Source of the DNA: Armatimonadota bacterium
GTDB lineage: Bacteria; Armatimonadota; Fimbriimonadia; Fimbriimonadales; GBS-DC
NCBI GenBank assembly: GCA_037445735.1
Contig: JBBIJY010000007.1
Span: 1 to 64,000 of the forward strand
DNA length: 64,000 bases
Reading direction: 5' to 3'
In this document: positions 19,922 through 29,413 of the stretch, piece by piece
Position numbering within the stretch: the stretch's first letter is position 1
Layout: each line of letters opens with the position of its first letter
The notes under the pieces: model-generated
The model's database searches: none
What the model saw: the letters and a program-made list of their open reading frames with translations, nothing else
What the model was told of the DNA's origin: nothing
Program-made: the position numbers and the translations under genes

Positions 19922-20512
19922 TCACGATTCATCCGGTTGGAGCTGGGCGGCGAGTAGCACGGCTTCGGCGACCTCCACGAGGCTTTTGCCCGTGCTTTCG
20001 GCGGTTGCCTGCAGGCGTCGGAACGCCTCTGGCTCCGAGAGACCGAGCTGCTGCATCAGCACGCGCTTCGCTCGCCCGATTTTGCGCCGCGCCTGCATCT
20101 CCTGCTGCAGGTTCACCAGCTGCTGCTCGATCGCGCGCAGCTCACGGAATCGGCTGATGGCAATCTGGATGGCGGGCGCAAGGTCCGCCTCGCGGAAGGG
20201 CTTGACCAGATAGGCAATCGCGCCTGCCTGATCCGCGCCCTCAATCATCGCCGGCTCGCTGTAGGCGGTCAGAATCAGCACGGGCGCTAACCGCTCTCTG
20301 GAGAGCTGTTTCGCCAGCTCGATGCCGTCCATGCCGGGCATCATGATGTCGACGATGGCGAGGTCGGGCTTGAGCGTGCGCGTCAGGTGCAGCGCGGTCT
20401 CGCCGTTATCGGCTTCACCCACGACCGTGTGCCCCATCGATTCGAGCATCGCCCGCAAATCCATGCGGATCACAGGTTCATCGTCCGCAATCAGAATCCG
20501 GTAGCTGTTCAT
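19922..20512 (-). CDS. Response regulator with ANTAR domain (PdtaR/EutV-like)
   Basis: IADDE, DIMMP, LVKP receiver motifs; RKIGRAKRVLM...SEPEAFRRLQ ANTAR; start ATG 20512. Confidence 0.93.
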   Translation of the reverse strand: MNSYRILIADDEPVIRMDLRAMLESMGHTVVGEADNGETALHLTRTLKPDLAIVDIMMPGMDGIELAKQLSRERLAPVLILTAYSEPAMIEGADQAGAIAYLVKPFREADLAPAIQIAISRFRELRAIEQQLVNLQQEMQARRKIGRAKRVLMQQLGLSEPEAFRRLQATAESTGKSLVEVAEAVLLAAQLQPDES

Positions 20513-21591
20513 TCGCTGAAAATCACCTCCACCTGCTGGGACGGCAGCCGTTCGCGCAGGCGTTCGGCAAGGACGCGGGTTCCAGGCAGCTCGGTCTCGC
20601 GATGCCCCGCTTCGATCAGCACGATGTCGTGCGCCCACGCCTCCCAGGTGTGGTGGTGGCGCACCTCGCCTGTGAGCAGGGCATCGGCGTGCGCAGCGCG
20701 TGCCGCTGGCAGATAGTCGCCGCCGGAGCCGCCGACCACCATCAGCGTGCGCACCATCGCGCCCGGCTTGCCATAGAGCCGCACATGCGGGTTGCCAAGC
20801 CGTTCGGCAGCATAGGTGCGCAACTCTTCCGCTCGCATCGGGCGCGGCAAACGCCCCACACGCCCCAGCGGATAGGGCTGCGGGGTGTGCAGAGGATAGA
20901 CATCGTAGGCGACCTCTTCATACGGATGCGCCTGTAGCATCGCCTCGATGACCGCCTGCAACCGATGGGACGGCACCAGCACCTCCAGGCGCATCTCCTG
21001 AATATGCTCGCGTCGCCCGACCGCGCCCTGATAGGGGTTCGCGCCCGCTTGCGGCTCGTAGGTGCCCGTGCCAGCCTGATAGAAGGCACAGCGCCGGTAG
21101 AGTCCGATCTCGCCCGCGCCCGCTGCCGCCATCCGATCCAGCACCGCATCCAAATGCTCTGGCGGTACGAAGGTGACGAGCTTGAACTGTTGCACTTCGG
21201 CGCCATCGCCGGCAGGGCGCACCTCTTCCAGACCCAGCTGCCCGGCGAGCGCGTCGTTGATGCCGCCTGGCGCACAGTCCCAGTTCGTATGCACGGCGAT
21301 ATGCGCCATCCGTGCGGCGCAGAGCTGCTGCAACGCGCTGCCGACTGGCTGATCATAGCGCACCGCGCTCAGCGGGCGATAGATCAGCGGGTGATGCGTG
21401 ATGAGCAGCTGACAGTTGTGATAGACGGCTCTGGTGACGGTGCGCGGGTCAGCGTCCAGCGCGACCATCAGCCGCTCGACCTCCAGCTCGGGCGAACCGA
21501 CCTGCAAGCCTGTCGGGTCGCCGGGTAATGCGAGCGCCGGCGGCGCTATCTGCTCAATCGCGTTCAGCACATCCCGCACCCGTATCGCCAT
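20509..21591 (-). CDS. Nif3-like dinuclear metal protein (YqfO type with PII-like insert)
   Basis: GLQVG, ITHHPL, HTNWD, HPYEEVAYD, AGHRETE. Confidence 0.95.
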   Translation of the reverse strand: MAIRVRDVLNAIEQIAPPALALPGDPTGLQVGSPELEVERLMVALDADPRTVTRAVYHNCQLLITHHPLIYRPLSAVRYDQPVGSALQQLCAARMAHIAVHTNWDCAPGGINDALAGQLGLEEVRPAGDGAEVQQFKLVTFVPPEHLDAVLDRMAAAGAGEIGLYRRCAFYQAGTGTYEPQAGANPYQGAVGRREHIQEMRLEVLVPSHRLQAVIEAMLQAHPYEEVAYDVYPLHTPQPYPLGRVGRLPRPMRAEELRTYAAERLGNPHVRLYGKPGAMVRTLMVVGGSGGDYLPAARAAHADALLTGEVRHHHTWEAWAHDIVLIEAGHRETELPGTRVLAERLRERLPSQQVEVIFSE

Positions 21592-21650
21592 CCCGCGGAG
21601 ATTCTACCTGTCCGCCGCGCCAGCAGGTATACTCGGTGTGGTGATGCCCG

Positions 21651-22214
21651 ATGAGTAAAGCCGTTGCCACAAAGCCGAAACGGGGGCGCAAACTCACCGA
21701 AGAACAGTTCCTGCGCCTGCCCGACGATGGACGCAAGTACGAACTGGTCGACAAGGAGGCAAAGGAAGTGCCCGCAGGACACGAACACGATGTGATCGGC
21801 ATGCGACTGGGCGCGAAGATTCTCAGCTGCGCCTCGAGCCGCCGGGGCTATGTAGCAGGTTCACAGGCGGGTTTCCGCATGACCAACGGCAACATCCGCA
21901 GCCCCGATGTCGCCTTCACCCTCAAAGAGCGACTGCCCGACGGCAAACCCTCCAAAGGCTTTGAAACAGGCGCGCCCGACCTCGCGATTGAGATTGTCTC
22001 ACCGAATGAGGACATTGCCGATCTGTTGCGCAAGATAGGGGAGTATTTTGCGTCGGGGGCGCAGCAGGTGTGGTTGCTGTTTCCGGAGACGCGCACGGTG
22101 AAGGTGTACAGTTCGCCGTTTGATGTGCGCACGCTGGTGGGGGACGACGAGTTGACGGGCGGTGATTTGCTGCCCGATTTTCGGTGCAAAGTGCAGGAGC
22201 TGTTCGAGTTATGA
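21651..22214 (+). CDS. Uma2 (DUF820) family endonuclease-like protein
   Basis: RSPDVAF, APDLAIEIVSP, YFASGAQQVWL, LLPDF. Confidence 0.92.
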   Translation: MSKAVATKPKRGRKLTEEQFLRLPDDGRKYELVDKEAKEVPAGHEHDVIGMRLGAKILSCASSRRGYVAGSQAGFRMTNGNIRSPDVAFTLKERLPDGKPSKGFETGAPDLAIEIVSPNEDIADLLRKIGEYFASGAQQVWLLFPETRTVKVYSSPFDVRTLVGDDELTGGDLLPDFRCKVQELFEL

Positions 22215-22267
22215 ATCCCGCAATTAAAAACGGTGCCAACACTACCAGAAATGCACTACAAGGGTTT

Positions 22268-22942
22268 TCACTCACAGGGGATAGGGGTCGACCCCTCATA
22301 CAGAGGGTGGCAATAAATAGGCGGGCAGGGCGCATCGGTCAGCAGCTCCCATATGCTGCGTGTTGCCTCCCGACTGCCATAGGGTGAACGATAGCAGCGC
22401 GGTGATACCTGCACCCGTTTGACCGCCCCATCCGTACACACCCGTAAAACCAGACCCGTGTAAGTCGCTGTTGGGTTAAAGAATCCACGCATCGGAAGGT
22501 CTCCCCACCCCCGTAAAGGACGCCCGTGCAGGACACAAGCAAATAGCCCGTGTGAGGGATCCGCTTCTGCTAACCGCCGACGGAACTCGGCGTCTGCTGA
22601 CAAGTAGACATAACTGACTGGCGAACCCAGCTGACGGGTAGCCCAGCCGGAGATACCCTCTATCGGGTCAAGCGGGCATTTAAACACAGCGAGCGTCTTC
22701 ACATAGAACCGCAACTGGGTAAGATGAGCCGCATAGCTCCCCTCATAATCATCCCGATAGAGTATCGCCGCCTTGCCCAGCTGGCTGAGATTGTTAATGC
22801 AAGCAACCATCTGCCCCCGCTTCTTTGTCTGCACGAGCACGGGCAGAATAAGGGCTGCCAGCAGGGCGATAATCGCAACGACGACCAGCAGCTCTATCAG
22901 CGTAAAAGCCCGATCCGTTCCACCATGCGCTCTGTCAGCCAT
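22268..22942 (-). CDS. Prepilin-type N-terminal cleavage/methylation domain protein
   Basis: RAFTLIELLVVVAIIALLAALILPV, CINNLSQLG, FKCPLD; Cys-rich C-terminus. Confidence 0.92.
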   Translation of the reverse strand: MADRAHGGTDRAFTLIELLVVVAIIALLAALILPVLVQTKKRGQMVACINNLSQLGKAAILYRDDYEGSYAAHLTQLRFYVKTLAVFKCPLDPIEGISGWATRQLGSPVSYVYLSADAEFRRRLAEADPSHGLFACVLHGRPLRGWGDLPMRGFFNPTATYTGLVLRVCTDGAVKRVQVSPRCYRSPYGSREATRSIWELLTDAPCPPIYCHPLYEGSTPIPCE

Positions 22943-23370
22943 ATGCCACCTCGCAATAGAATCAGGGTTGTTCCTATTTGGAGAAGGTCAGGAACCAGCA
23001 GGGTTATCAGGCGCACATCCAGCACGAAGTCGGTCAGAAGGCGAATCACCATAAAGAACCCCGCTATACCCCCATAAAATATCCATTCGCGACGCCGTTG
23101 CTGGGAAGGGGATGGCGCTGTAGCGCGCAGGAGGTAGAGCAGGATGCCTGCGATGATGCCAATCACCGCCATCAGATGCCAGTTAGCAGGCAGGCGCAGA
23201 CCTATCCGCATCATCCCCATCCAGTCGATGTCGGGCGACTGACCTGCGAATCGGCTTCCCAACCACATGCCCAGCGCATTAAAGAACATGCGCCGCAGGT
23301 GGTCGGCAAACCAGAAGCTGACGATCCCGGCACAACCGCTGCCCAAAACCCCTTCCCAGCACCACCTCAT
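22897..23370 (-). CDS. Putative multi-pass membrane protein
   Basis: Start ATG 23370 behind GAGGTGG; about 4 hydrophobic segments; overlaps the pilin-like gene. Confidence 0.7.
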   Translation of the reverse strand: MRWCWEGVLGSGCAGIVSFWFADHLRRMFFNALGMWLGSRFAGQSPDIDWMGMMRIGLRLPANWHLMAVIGIIAGILLYLLRATAPSPSQQRRREWIFYGGIAGFFMVIRLLTDFVLDVRLITLLVPDLLQIGTTLILLRGGIWLTERMVERIGLLR

Positions 23371-23381
23371 GGCACCACCTC

Positions 23382-23898
23382 TCAGGGACATTGATCCGGC
23401 GTGCAAGCACATCGCTTCCAGCTCCCAGGGTGGAAACAGGGAGGTTGAGGCTCTGCATCGTCCTCACTACAGCAGCCTACATCCTGCCAGCGGCCGCAAC
23501 AGTAATAATTCCCCGCGAACTCGCACACATTCCGAGCCTTGTGAAAAGCGGGGTTAGAGCCCCATATTCCGTCGCAGTCACCACCCTGTGTCCAGTCACA
23601 CCATTCTTGCTTATAGACATTATTGGGATATTCGGGACACGCAGGTATACCAAGGGGGATATACCGCCGCTCCGTTTCGCGAGGAGGATGTTGGCCGTTT
23701 CGCAGAGACAATCGCGCCAGATTTCGCTGAATCTCGGAAGGAGATGAGTTGCATCCGCAATCCGGGTTGCTTACAAGTGCCACCTTAACCCCCCCCCCCG
23801 CTCAGTTCGGCGAGTGCGGCGAGGGTGTTGGGCAGCGCCACGAGATTGGCGATCAACAGCGCACCAGCGCCCATCCACAGCATCTTCCGTCGTCTCAT
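23382..23898 (-). pseudogene. Cys-rich secreted protein (14 Cys) frameshifted at a G11 tract (possibly phase variable)
   Basis: AGGAGG RBS, MRRRKMLWMGAGALLIANLVALPNTLAA signal, then G11 and TAA. Removing one G fuses it in frame to VKVALVSNPDCGC...CACTPDQCP (171 aa). Confidence 0.8.
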
Positions 23899-24475
23899 CG
23901 CTTTGTCCCTCCTGACTCGTTTGTGTGAGAGATGACACCTGCGTATCATCTCCACTATTATTAACACCGCAAACCCTCAAATCGTCACATCCAGAACCAC
24001 AGTTCCGACGAACTTCCTCCACACCACGCTGGAAGCGCATCTTCGCCGCGCTCGCCGAAATGCCTAATTGCAAGGCAATCTCGTCCCATCTATAACCCGC
24101 CTCCAGCAGGTCATAAATCGCCTGCGCGGCGGCAGGCAGCTGCTGGTAGAGCCGCTGCTCCTCCAGATGCGCTATCGCCTCGCCTTCAGGGTCTGAAGAG
24201 GATGCCTCCTGCTGCGCCCAGCGCTCCAGCGCCTCTTGCTCGCGTTGACGCGACCGCCATAAGTTTAGCACCTGCCGGCGCACGGTTAGATGGAGGGTGT
24301 TGTCAGGCAGCGCATCGAGGAACGCCTCCAGCTCAGCTTCCGAAGCATCAGGATGATGGCGGCAATAGGCTTTCAGCAGGCGAATTAGGCTCTCCTGCAG
24401 AATGTCTTCCGCATCGGACAGGCTCAGCTCATAACGGCGAGCTATCCATCGTAGCCACTGTTCCCTCGTTCTCAT
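23771..24475 (-). CDS. Divergent ECF-like sigma factor whose ORF runs on into the downstream gene
   Basis: DAEDILQESLIRLL (region 2) and GYRWDEIALQLGISASAAKMRFQRG (region 4); about 75 aa of unstructured tail overlaps the next gene. Confidence 0.8.
   Translation of the reverse strand: MRTREQWLRWIARRYELSLSDAEDILQESLIRLLKAYCRHHPDASEAELEAFLDALPDNTLHLTVRRQVLNLWRSRQREQEALERWAQQEASSSDPEGEAIAHLEEQRLYQQLPAAAQAIYDLLEAGYRWDEIALQLGISASAAKMRFQRGVEEVRRNCGSGCDDLRVCGVNNSGDDTQVSSLTQTSQEGQSDETTEDAVDGRWCAVDRQSRGAAQHPRRTRRTERGGGLRWHL
23789..23799 (+). repeat. C11 (G11 on coding strand) homopolymer
   Basis: ttaa-ccccccccccc-gctcag, counted directly. Confidence 0.95.
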
Positions 24476-24572
24476 CGTGAGTCCCCTCTTCGCTCTATTG
24501 ATTCGTGCGATTGGCGGTTGATTCCTGCTTTATGTGCGCTTTTCGGGGAAGAAATAGGGTATTATAAGGCAG

Positions 24573-26408
24573 GTGGGGATCACCGCTGGAGGGATTACGA
24601 TGGCAACGGTTGGAGCACTGGGATTGCTGGATCGGTTGCGCCCGTATCGGCGGCGCGTGCGCTGGGTGCTGATGTGGCGCTGGGGGGCAATCGGCGGCTT
24701 CGTTGGTACCCTCATCGCGATGGCGCTCGACGCGCTCGACTGGCTCGCTGTATTGAGCGTTCAGCCCGCTGGGCTGGTGGCGAGCATCCTCGCAGGGATT
24801 CTGCTGGGCTGCCTCTATGCGCTGCTGATCCCGCTGCCCGCGCCCGCGCTGGCACAACTGATTGACCGCCGCGGCGGGCTGAAAGACCGCCTGCAGACCG
24901 CTCTGGAGCATACCGACGGCGAGCATCTGTTTGACCAGCCGCTGATGGAGGACGCCCTTAACGCCCTGCTGTATCGTCGCCCTGCGGAGCTGTTCCGTTT
25001 CCGATTGGGCATCGGGCACGGACTGTTCGCGCTGGCGCTGGTCGCCCTGCTCGGTTTCCACTTCCTGCCCCAGATACTGGCGATGATGAGCTCCGAGCGG
25101 CGCGAGCAGCAGAAGCAGGTACAGCAGGCGGCGAAACAGATTGAGCAGGTCGCCAGGCCCATCATGGAGCGTGCCAGAAAGCCCGATGCGACCGAGCTGG
25201 AGAAGCGCATCGCCCGCAATATTGAACTCTACTCCCGTCGCGCCCGACAGGGACGCATGAGCAAGCAGGAGGCGCTCGTGCGCTATAACAGGCTGATGGA
25301 AGAAGCCCGCAAACTGGAGGCGCAGAGCCAGAAGCAGCTCCAGCAGGCTGCCCAGGAAGCCGCCACCGCGGGCGAAAAGCTCCGCCAGATCATGGCGAAA
25401 CAGAACCAGCAACTGCAGCCCCTGCTGCAGCAGTTGCAGGCGGAACTGCAGGCGCTCCAGCAACAGCTGCAGACGGGCAAAGATTCGCAGGGCAACCCGC
25501 TCAGCGCGGCGCAGCGCGCCAGCCTGCAGGAGCAGATTCGCCAGCTGCAGGCGACCCTGCAAGCCCTGCGCAACCCCGCCACTGCCAGCCTGCAGAACCA
25601 GATGAGCGGGCTGCAACGCCAGATCAACGAACTCCAGCGCCAGCTGCAGTCAGGACGCGACTCGAAAGGCATCCCACTCAGCAAAGAGGCGATGGAAGCC
25701 CTCAAAAAGCAGCTGGAACGGCTCCAGCGGCAGCTGCGGGCGCTCCAGCTTTCCGAGCAGGCGCGCGAGTTCCTGCGCAAACTGATGAACGACCCCAACT
25801 TCATCGAGGCGATGCGCCGCCTGCAGGAACTGGCGAAAAAGTGCCAGCAACTGAACCAGAACCAGAGCCAGCAACAGCGCCAGCTCACGCAGGAAGAAAT
25901 CGAGCGCATGGCACGCGAGCTGGAGAAGCGACTCGAAGAGCTGGCAAAACGCTACAACAGCGACGAACAGATTCGCGAGCTGGCGAAGCAGATACTGGAG
26001 CAGGTCAAACGCATGAAGGAGCTGAGCCAGTGCCAGGGCGCCTGCTCGGGACTGGGGCTGGCAGGCATGTGCTTCGGGCTGGGTGCAATCCCGCGCCCAG
26101 GTGGCGGGTGGGACAAGCACGACTACTTCGGTCAGCCCGAAATGTTCAATCAGGGCGCGAAGAACCCTGAACTCAAGATCCCGATGAAGAACACGCCTGT
26201 GTCGGGTCAGCCACCGATGTTGCCCGGTCCGGCGGACTATGAGGAGTACGAGGCGCCGCCGACGCCTGGTGGCAGCAGCGTGCCGCTCACACAGGTTCTG
26301 CCCAGCTACCAGAAGAAGGCGGAGCAGGCACTGGATAAGCAGAACATTCCGCCCGCCGAGCGCAAACGGGTCAAGCGCTACTTCGAATCGCTTAACAGCG
26401 GGCAGTGA
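24573..26408 (+). CDS. Membrane-anchored Gln-rich coiled-coil protein (DUF4175-like / MoxR-associated type)
   Basis: 3 TM segments with IDRRGGLKDRLQTALE, long coiled coil, C-terminal IPPAERKRVKRYFESL. Confidence 0.75.
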   Translation: MGITAGGITMATVGALGLLDRLRPYRRRVRWVLMWRWGAIGGFVGTLIAMALDALDWLAVLSVQPAGLVASILAGILLGCLYALLIPLPAPALAQLIDRRGGLKDRLQTALEHTDGEHLFDQPLMEDALNALLYRRPAELFRFRLGIGHGLFALALVALLGFHFLPQILAMMSSERREQQKQVQQAAKQIEQVARPIMERARKPDATELEKRIARNIELYSRRARQGRMSKQEALVRYNRLMEEARKLEAQSQKQLQQAAQEAATAGEKLRQIMAKQNQQLQPLLQQLQAELQALQQQLQTGKDSQGNPLSAAQRASLQEQIRQLQATLQALRNPATASLQNQMSGLQRQINELQRQLQSGRDSKGIPLSKEAMEALKKQLERLQRQLRALQLSEQAREFLRKLMNDPNFIEAMRRLQELAKKCQQLNQNQSQQQRQLTQEEIERMARELEKRLEELAKRYNSDEQIRELAKQILEQVKRMKELSQCQGACSGLGLAGMCFGLGAIPRPGGGWDKHDYFGQPEMFNQGAKNPELKIPMKNTPVSGQPPMLPGPADYEEYEAPPTPGGSSVPLTQVLPSYQKKAEQALDKQNIPPAERKRVKRYFESLNSGQ

Positions 26409-26429
26409 TGCGGCTGGACGGAACCAAAA

Positions 26430-26456
26430 TAAGGGGCGCGGTCACCGCGCCCCTTA
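26430..26456. repeat. Perfect REP-like palindrome
   Basis: TAAGGGGCGCGG-tca-CCGCGCCCCTTA; resembles GTAG-type REP elements. Confidence 0.6.
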
Positions 26457-26602
26457 CTGGTCATCCCCTCTTCGTGAAAAGAGGGCTATGCACAAGCGGA
26501 ATGGCTTTGGAATCCAACTCTTGCGTACTCCAATGATGAGACACCCCTGCCCACCCTTAGCGCGCACTCAGGGGCAGTGCAGGTATACTTCGGCAGGAGA
26601 GC

Positions 26603-27748
26603 GTGATGGCGCCCTTTTTCTATGCCAGCCAGCTGGAGCAGTATCAGTTTTCGGAGTCGCACCCGCTGAAGCCGATGCGCCTGCGCCTGATGATGGAGCT
26701 GATGACGGCGTACGGCATGTTCGATCGGCTGCGCCTGCTACAGCCCTCCCTTTCCGACGACGAGGCGCGGGCAGAGATATCGCGCGTGCATACCGAGCCG
26801 TATGTGCAGGTGGTGCAGGCAATCAGCGCGGGCGAGCCGGTGATGGCGATGCACCGCTGGGGCTTCTCGCCGTTCGGGGATAACCCGCCCTTTATGGGCA
26901 TGTGGGAGGCATCGCTGGCATATGTGAAGACGACAATTGCTGCCGCGCGTGCCGTGCGCGACGGCGAGCCGCTGGCGTTCAGCATGGGCGGCGGACTGCA
27001 CCACGCGCTGCCCGACCGCGCCAGCGGATTCTGCATCTTCAACGACCCCGCCATCGCCATCACCATCCTGCGCGAGCGATTCCCGCGAGTCGCCTACCTT
27101 GATATCGACCTCCATCACGGCGACGGCGTGCAGTGGATTTTCTATCGCGACCCGACGGTGCTGACCGTCTCGATCCACGAAAGCGGGCAGTGGCTCTTTC
27201 CGGGCACGGGCTTCGCGAACGAGCTGGGCGAGGGCGAGGCATGGGGCACCTCGATCAACATCCCGCTGGCGCCCGAAACGGATGACGACCTCTGGTGGTG
27301 GGCGTTCGAGCAGGTTGTGCCGCCCGTTTTTGAGCGGTTCCGACCCGACGCGCTGGTGCTGCAGATGGGCGCCGACCCGCACTATTTAGACCCGCTGGGT
27401 CATCTGAACCTCACGGCGCAGGGCTGGCTGCGAGCTGTCCAGTGGGCGCGCACGCTGGGTCTGCCGACCGTCGCGCTGGGTGGCGGCGGCTACAACCTCA
27501 CCACCGTGCCCCGCATGTGGACGCTGGCGGTCGCCACCTTAGCCGACATCGACCTGCCCGATGAAACCCCAGCTCATTTCAGCTGGCATAACCGCATCCC
27601 CACCCTCACCGACCACGAGAAGCCATCCATCGCGCCCGACGACCGCGACTACGCCCGCCGCTACGCCGAGCAGCAGGTCACTTTCCTGCAAAAAGCCCTC
27701 AACAGCAAGCCAATCGGCAGGAATCATCCCGCAGAGCCGCGAACTTAA
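26603..27748 (+). CDS. acuC: AcuC / histone deacetylase family protein
   Basis: HPLKP.R, GGGLHHA...ASGFCIFND, DIDLHHGDG, GGGGY. Confidence 0.92.
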   Translation: MMAPFFYASQLEQYQFSESHPLKPMRLRLMMELMTAYGMFDRLRLLQPSLSDDEARAEISRVHTEPYVQVVQAISAGEPVMAMHRWGFSPFGDNPPFMGMWEASLAYVKTTIAAARAVRDGEPLAFSMGGGLHHALPDRASGFCIFNDPAIAITILRERFPRVAYLDIDLHHGDGVQWIFYRDPTVLTVSIHESGQWLFPGTGFANELGEGEAWGTSINIPLAPETDDDLWWWAFEQVVPPVFERFRPDALVLQMGADPHYLDPLGHLNLTAQGWLRAVQWARTLGLPTVALGGGGYNLTTVPRMWTLAVATLADIDLPDETPAHFSWHNRIPTLTDHEKPSIAPDDRDYARRYAEQQVTFLQKALNSKPIGRNHPAEPRT

Positions 27749-27766
27749 ACCGAACGGAGGGATAGA

Positions 27767-28006
27767 ATGGCACGCGTAACTTTGCTGATCGGGCTATCGA
27801 ACGGGCTGGAAGTGGACTGCCCGATTAATTCGCGCGAGGAAGCCGAGCAGGTGCTGAACCAGCTGCGCAACTCCGACGAGCTGATTCGGCTGCCGGGTGT
27901 GTGCTATGTGCGCCACTCAGGCTCCACCGAGCTGGGCGCACGCGGAATCGTCGATGTGCATCCGAGCCATGTAACCTACACCCAGATACTGGGGGTGGAC
28001 GAATAG
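27767..28006 (+). CDS. Small hypothetical protein
   Basis: GGAGG RBS, host-like codon usage, fills the gap between acuC and the acyl-CoA dehydrogenase. Confidence 0.7.
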   Translation: MARVTLLIGLSNGLEVDCPINSREEAEQVLNQLRNSDELIRLPGVCYVRHSGSTELGARGIVDVHPSHVTYTQILGVDE

Positions 28007-28010
28007 AGCG

Positions 28011-29219
28011 ATGGACTTCACATTGAGCGAAGAGCATCTGATGGTGCGCGACACTGTGCGCCGCTTCGTGGAGAACGAGGTCAAGCCCTTCATTCGCGAG
28101 TGGGATCGGCACGGCGCCGACCCCAAAGTGTACACGCGAATGGCGGAGCTGGGGCTGCTGGGCATCTGCATCCCGCGTCGATGGGGCGGCGCCGGGCTGG
28201 ACTATATCAGTCTCGGCATCGCCTGCGAGGAGCTGGAGTATGGTGACACCTTCCTGCGCGTGATTCTGTCGGTGCATGTGGGGCTGACCGCGCTCACGCT
28301 CCTCGCGTGGGGCACCGACGAGCAGAAGGAGCGGTTCCTGCGCCCGCAGGCGACGGGACAGCGGCTGGGCGCCTTCTGCCTCACCGAGCCGAACGCGGGC
28401 AGCGATGTCGCCGGCATGCAATCCGTCGCCCGACGCGAGGGCGACCACTACATTCTCAACGGCGAAAAAATCTGGATTTCGCTGGCGGAGGTCGCCGACC
28501 AGTACCTGGTGGTCGCCTGGACCGATCTGGCGAAGAAGGCGCGGCGGGATCATTCGGGCATGAGCGCGTTCATCGTGGAGCGCGAGCGCGACGGCGTGAA
28601 GCCCTACACCCTGCACGGCAAGCTGGGCGTGCGCGCGGGCAACACGGGCGGCGTCGTGTTCGAAAATGTCGCCGTGCCCATCGAGAACCGAATCGGCGAG
28701 GAAGGCGAGGGCTTCAAAATCGCCATGTTCGCGCTCGATCAGGGGCGCTACACCGTCGCGGCAGGCTCCGCCGGGCTGATCCGCGCCTGCCTCGACGAAT
28801 CGGTGCACTATGCCCGCGAGCGCAAAACCTTCGGCAAGCCCATCGCCGAGCATCAGCTCATCAAGCAGAAAATCGCGCAGATGGCTGCCGACTACGAGAT
28901 CAGCGTGCTGCTGTATCAGAAGGTCGGCTGGATGAAAAATCGGGGTCTGCGCAACACGCGAGAGACCTCGCTGGCAAAATGGTACGCAACCGAGGCGGCG
29001 CAGCGGGCAGCGAACGCCGCCGTGCAGATTTTCGGCTCCTACGGCTTCTCCGACGAGTACCCGGTGGAACGCTTCTACCGCAACAGCAAGGGTGCCACCA
29101 TCTACGAGGGCACCTCCGAGATTCATACCCTGCTGCAGGCGGACTATGCGCTGGGCTACCGCGTCGATAAGCCGCTGCGGGTCAGTTTACCGCCCTATCC
29201 ATTCGCTGAGGATCAGTAG
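28011..29219 (+). CDS. Acyl-CoA dehydrogenase
   Basis: FCLTEPNAGSD, LNGEKIWIS, RKTFGKPI, IYEGTSEI. Confidence 0.96.
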   Translation: MDFTLSEEHLMVRDTVRRFVENEVKPFIREWDRHGADPKVYTRMAELGLLGICIPRRWGGAGLDYISLGIACEELEYGDTFLRVILSVHVGLTALTLLAWGTDEQKERFLRPQATGQRLGAFCLTEPNAGSDVAGMQSVARREGDHYILNGEKIWISLAEVADQYLVVAWTDLAKKARRDHSGMSAFIVERERDGVKPYTLHGKLGVRAGNTGGVVFENVAVPIENRIGEEGEGFKIAMFALDQGRYTVAAGSAGLIRACLDESVHYARERKTFGKPIAEHQLIKQKIAQMAADYEISVLLYQKVGWMKNRGLRNTRETSLAKWYATEAAQRAANAAVQIFGSYGFSDEYPVERFYRNSKGATIYEGTSEIHTLLQADYALGYRVDKPLRVSLPPYPFAEDQ

Positions 29220-29252
29220 CGTCTGCCCTCACCCGCAGCTTTGATGCTGACT

Positions 29253-29337
29253 GCCCCCTCCGCAAGGTTCCCCCCGCTTCGCGAGGGGAACCACGGCTTG
29301 GTTCCCCTGGCTGCAGGGAGAACCTGAAGGAGGGGGC
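29253..29337. repeat. Nested palindromic REP/MITE-like element
   Basis: Outer GCCCCCTCC/GGAGGGGGC inverted repeat enclosing two GGTTCCCC...GAACC hairpins. Confidence 0.75.
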
Positions 29338-29413
29338 TGGATTACCTCCTAAATTGCCTTTAACATCTTCTCAATATAGTTATTATCTTTCATAAAAAGT
29401 ATGTGATGGTCCT

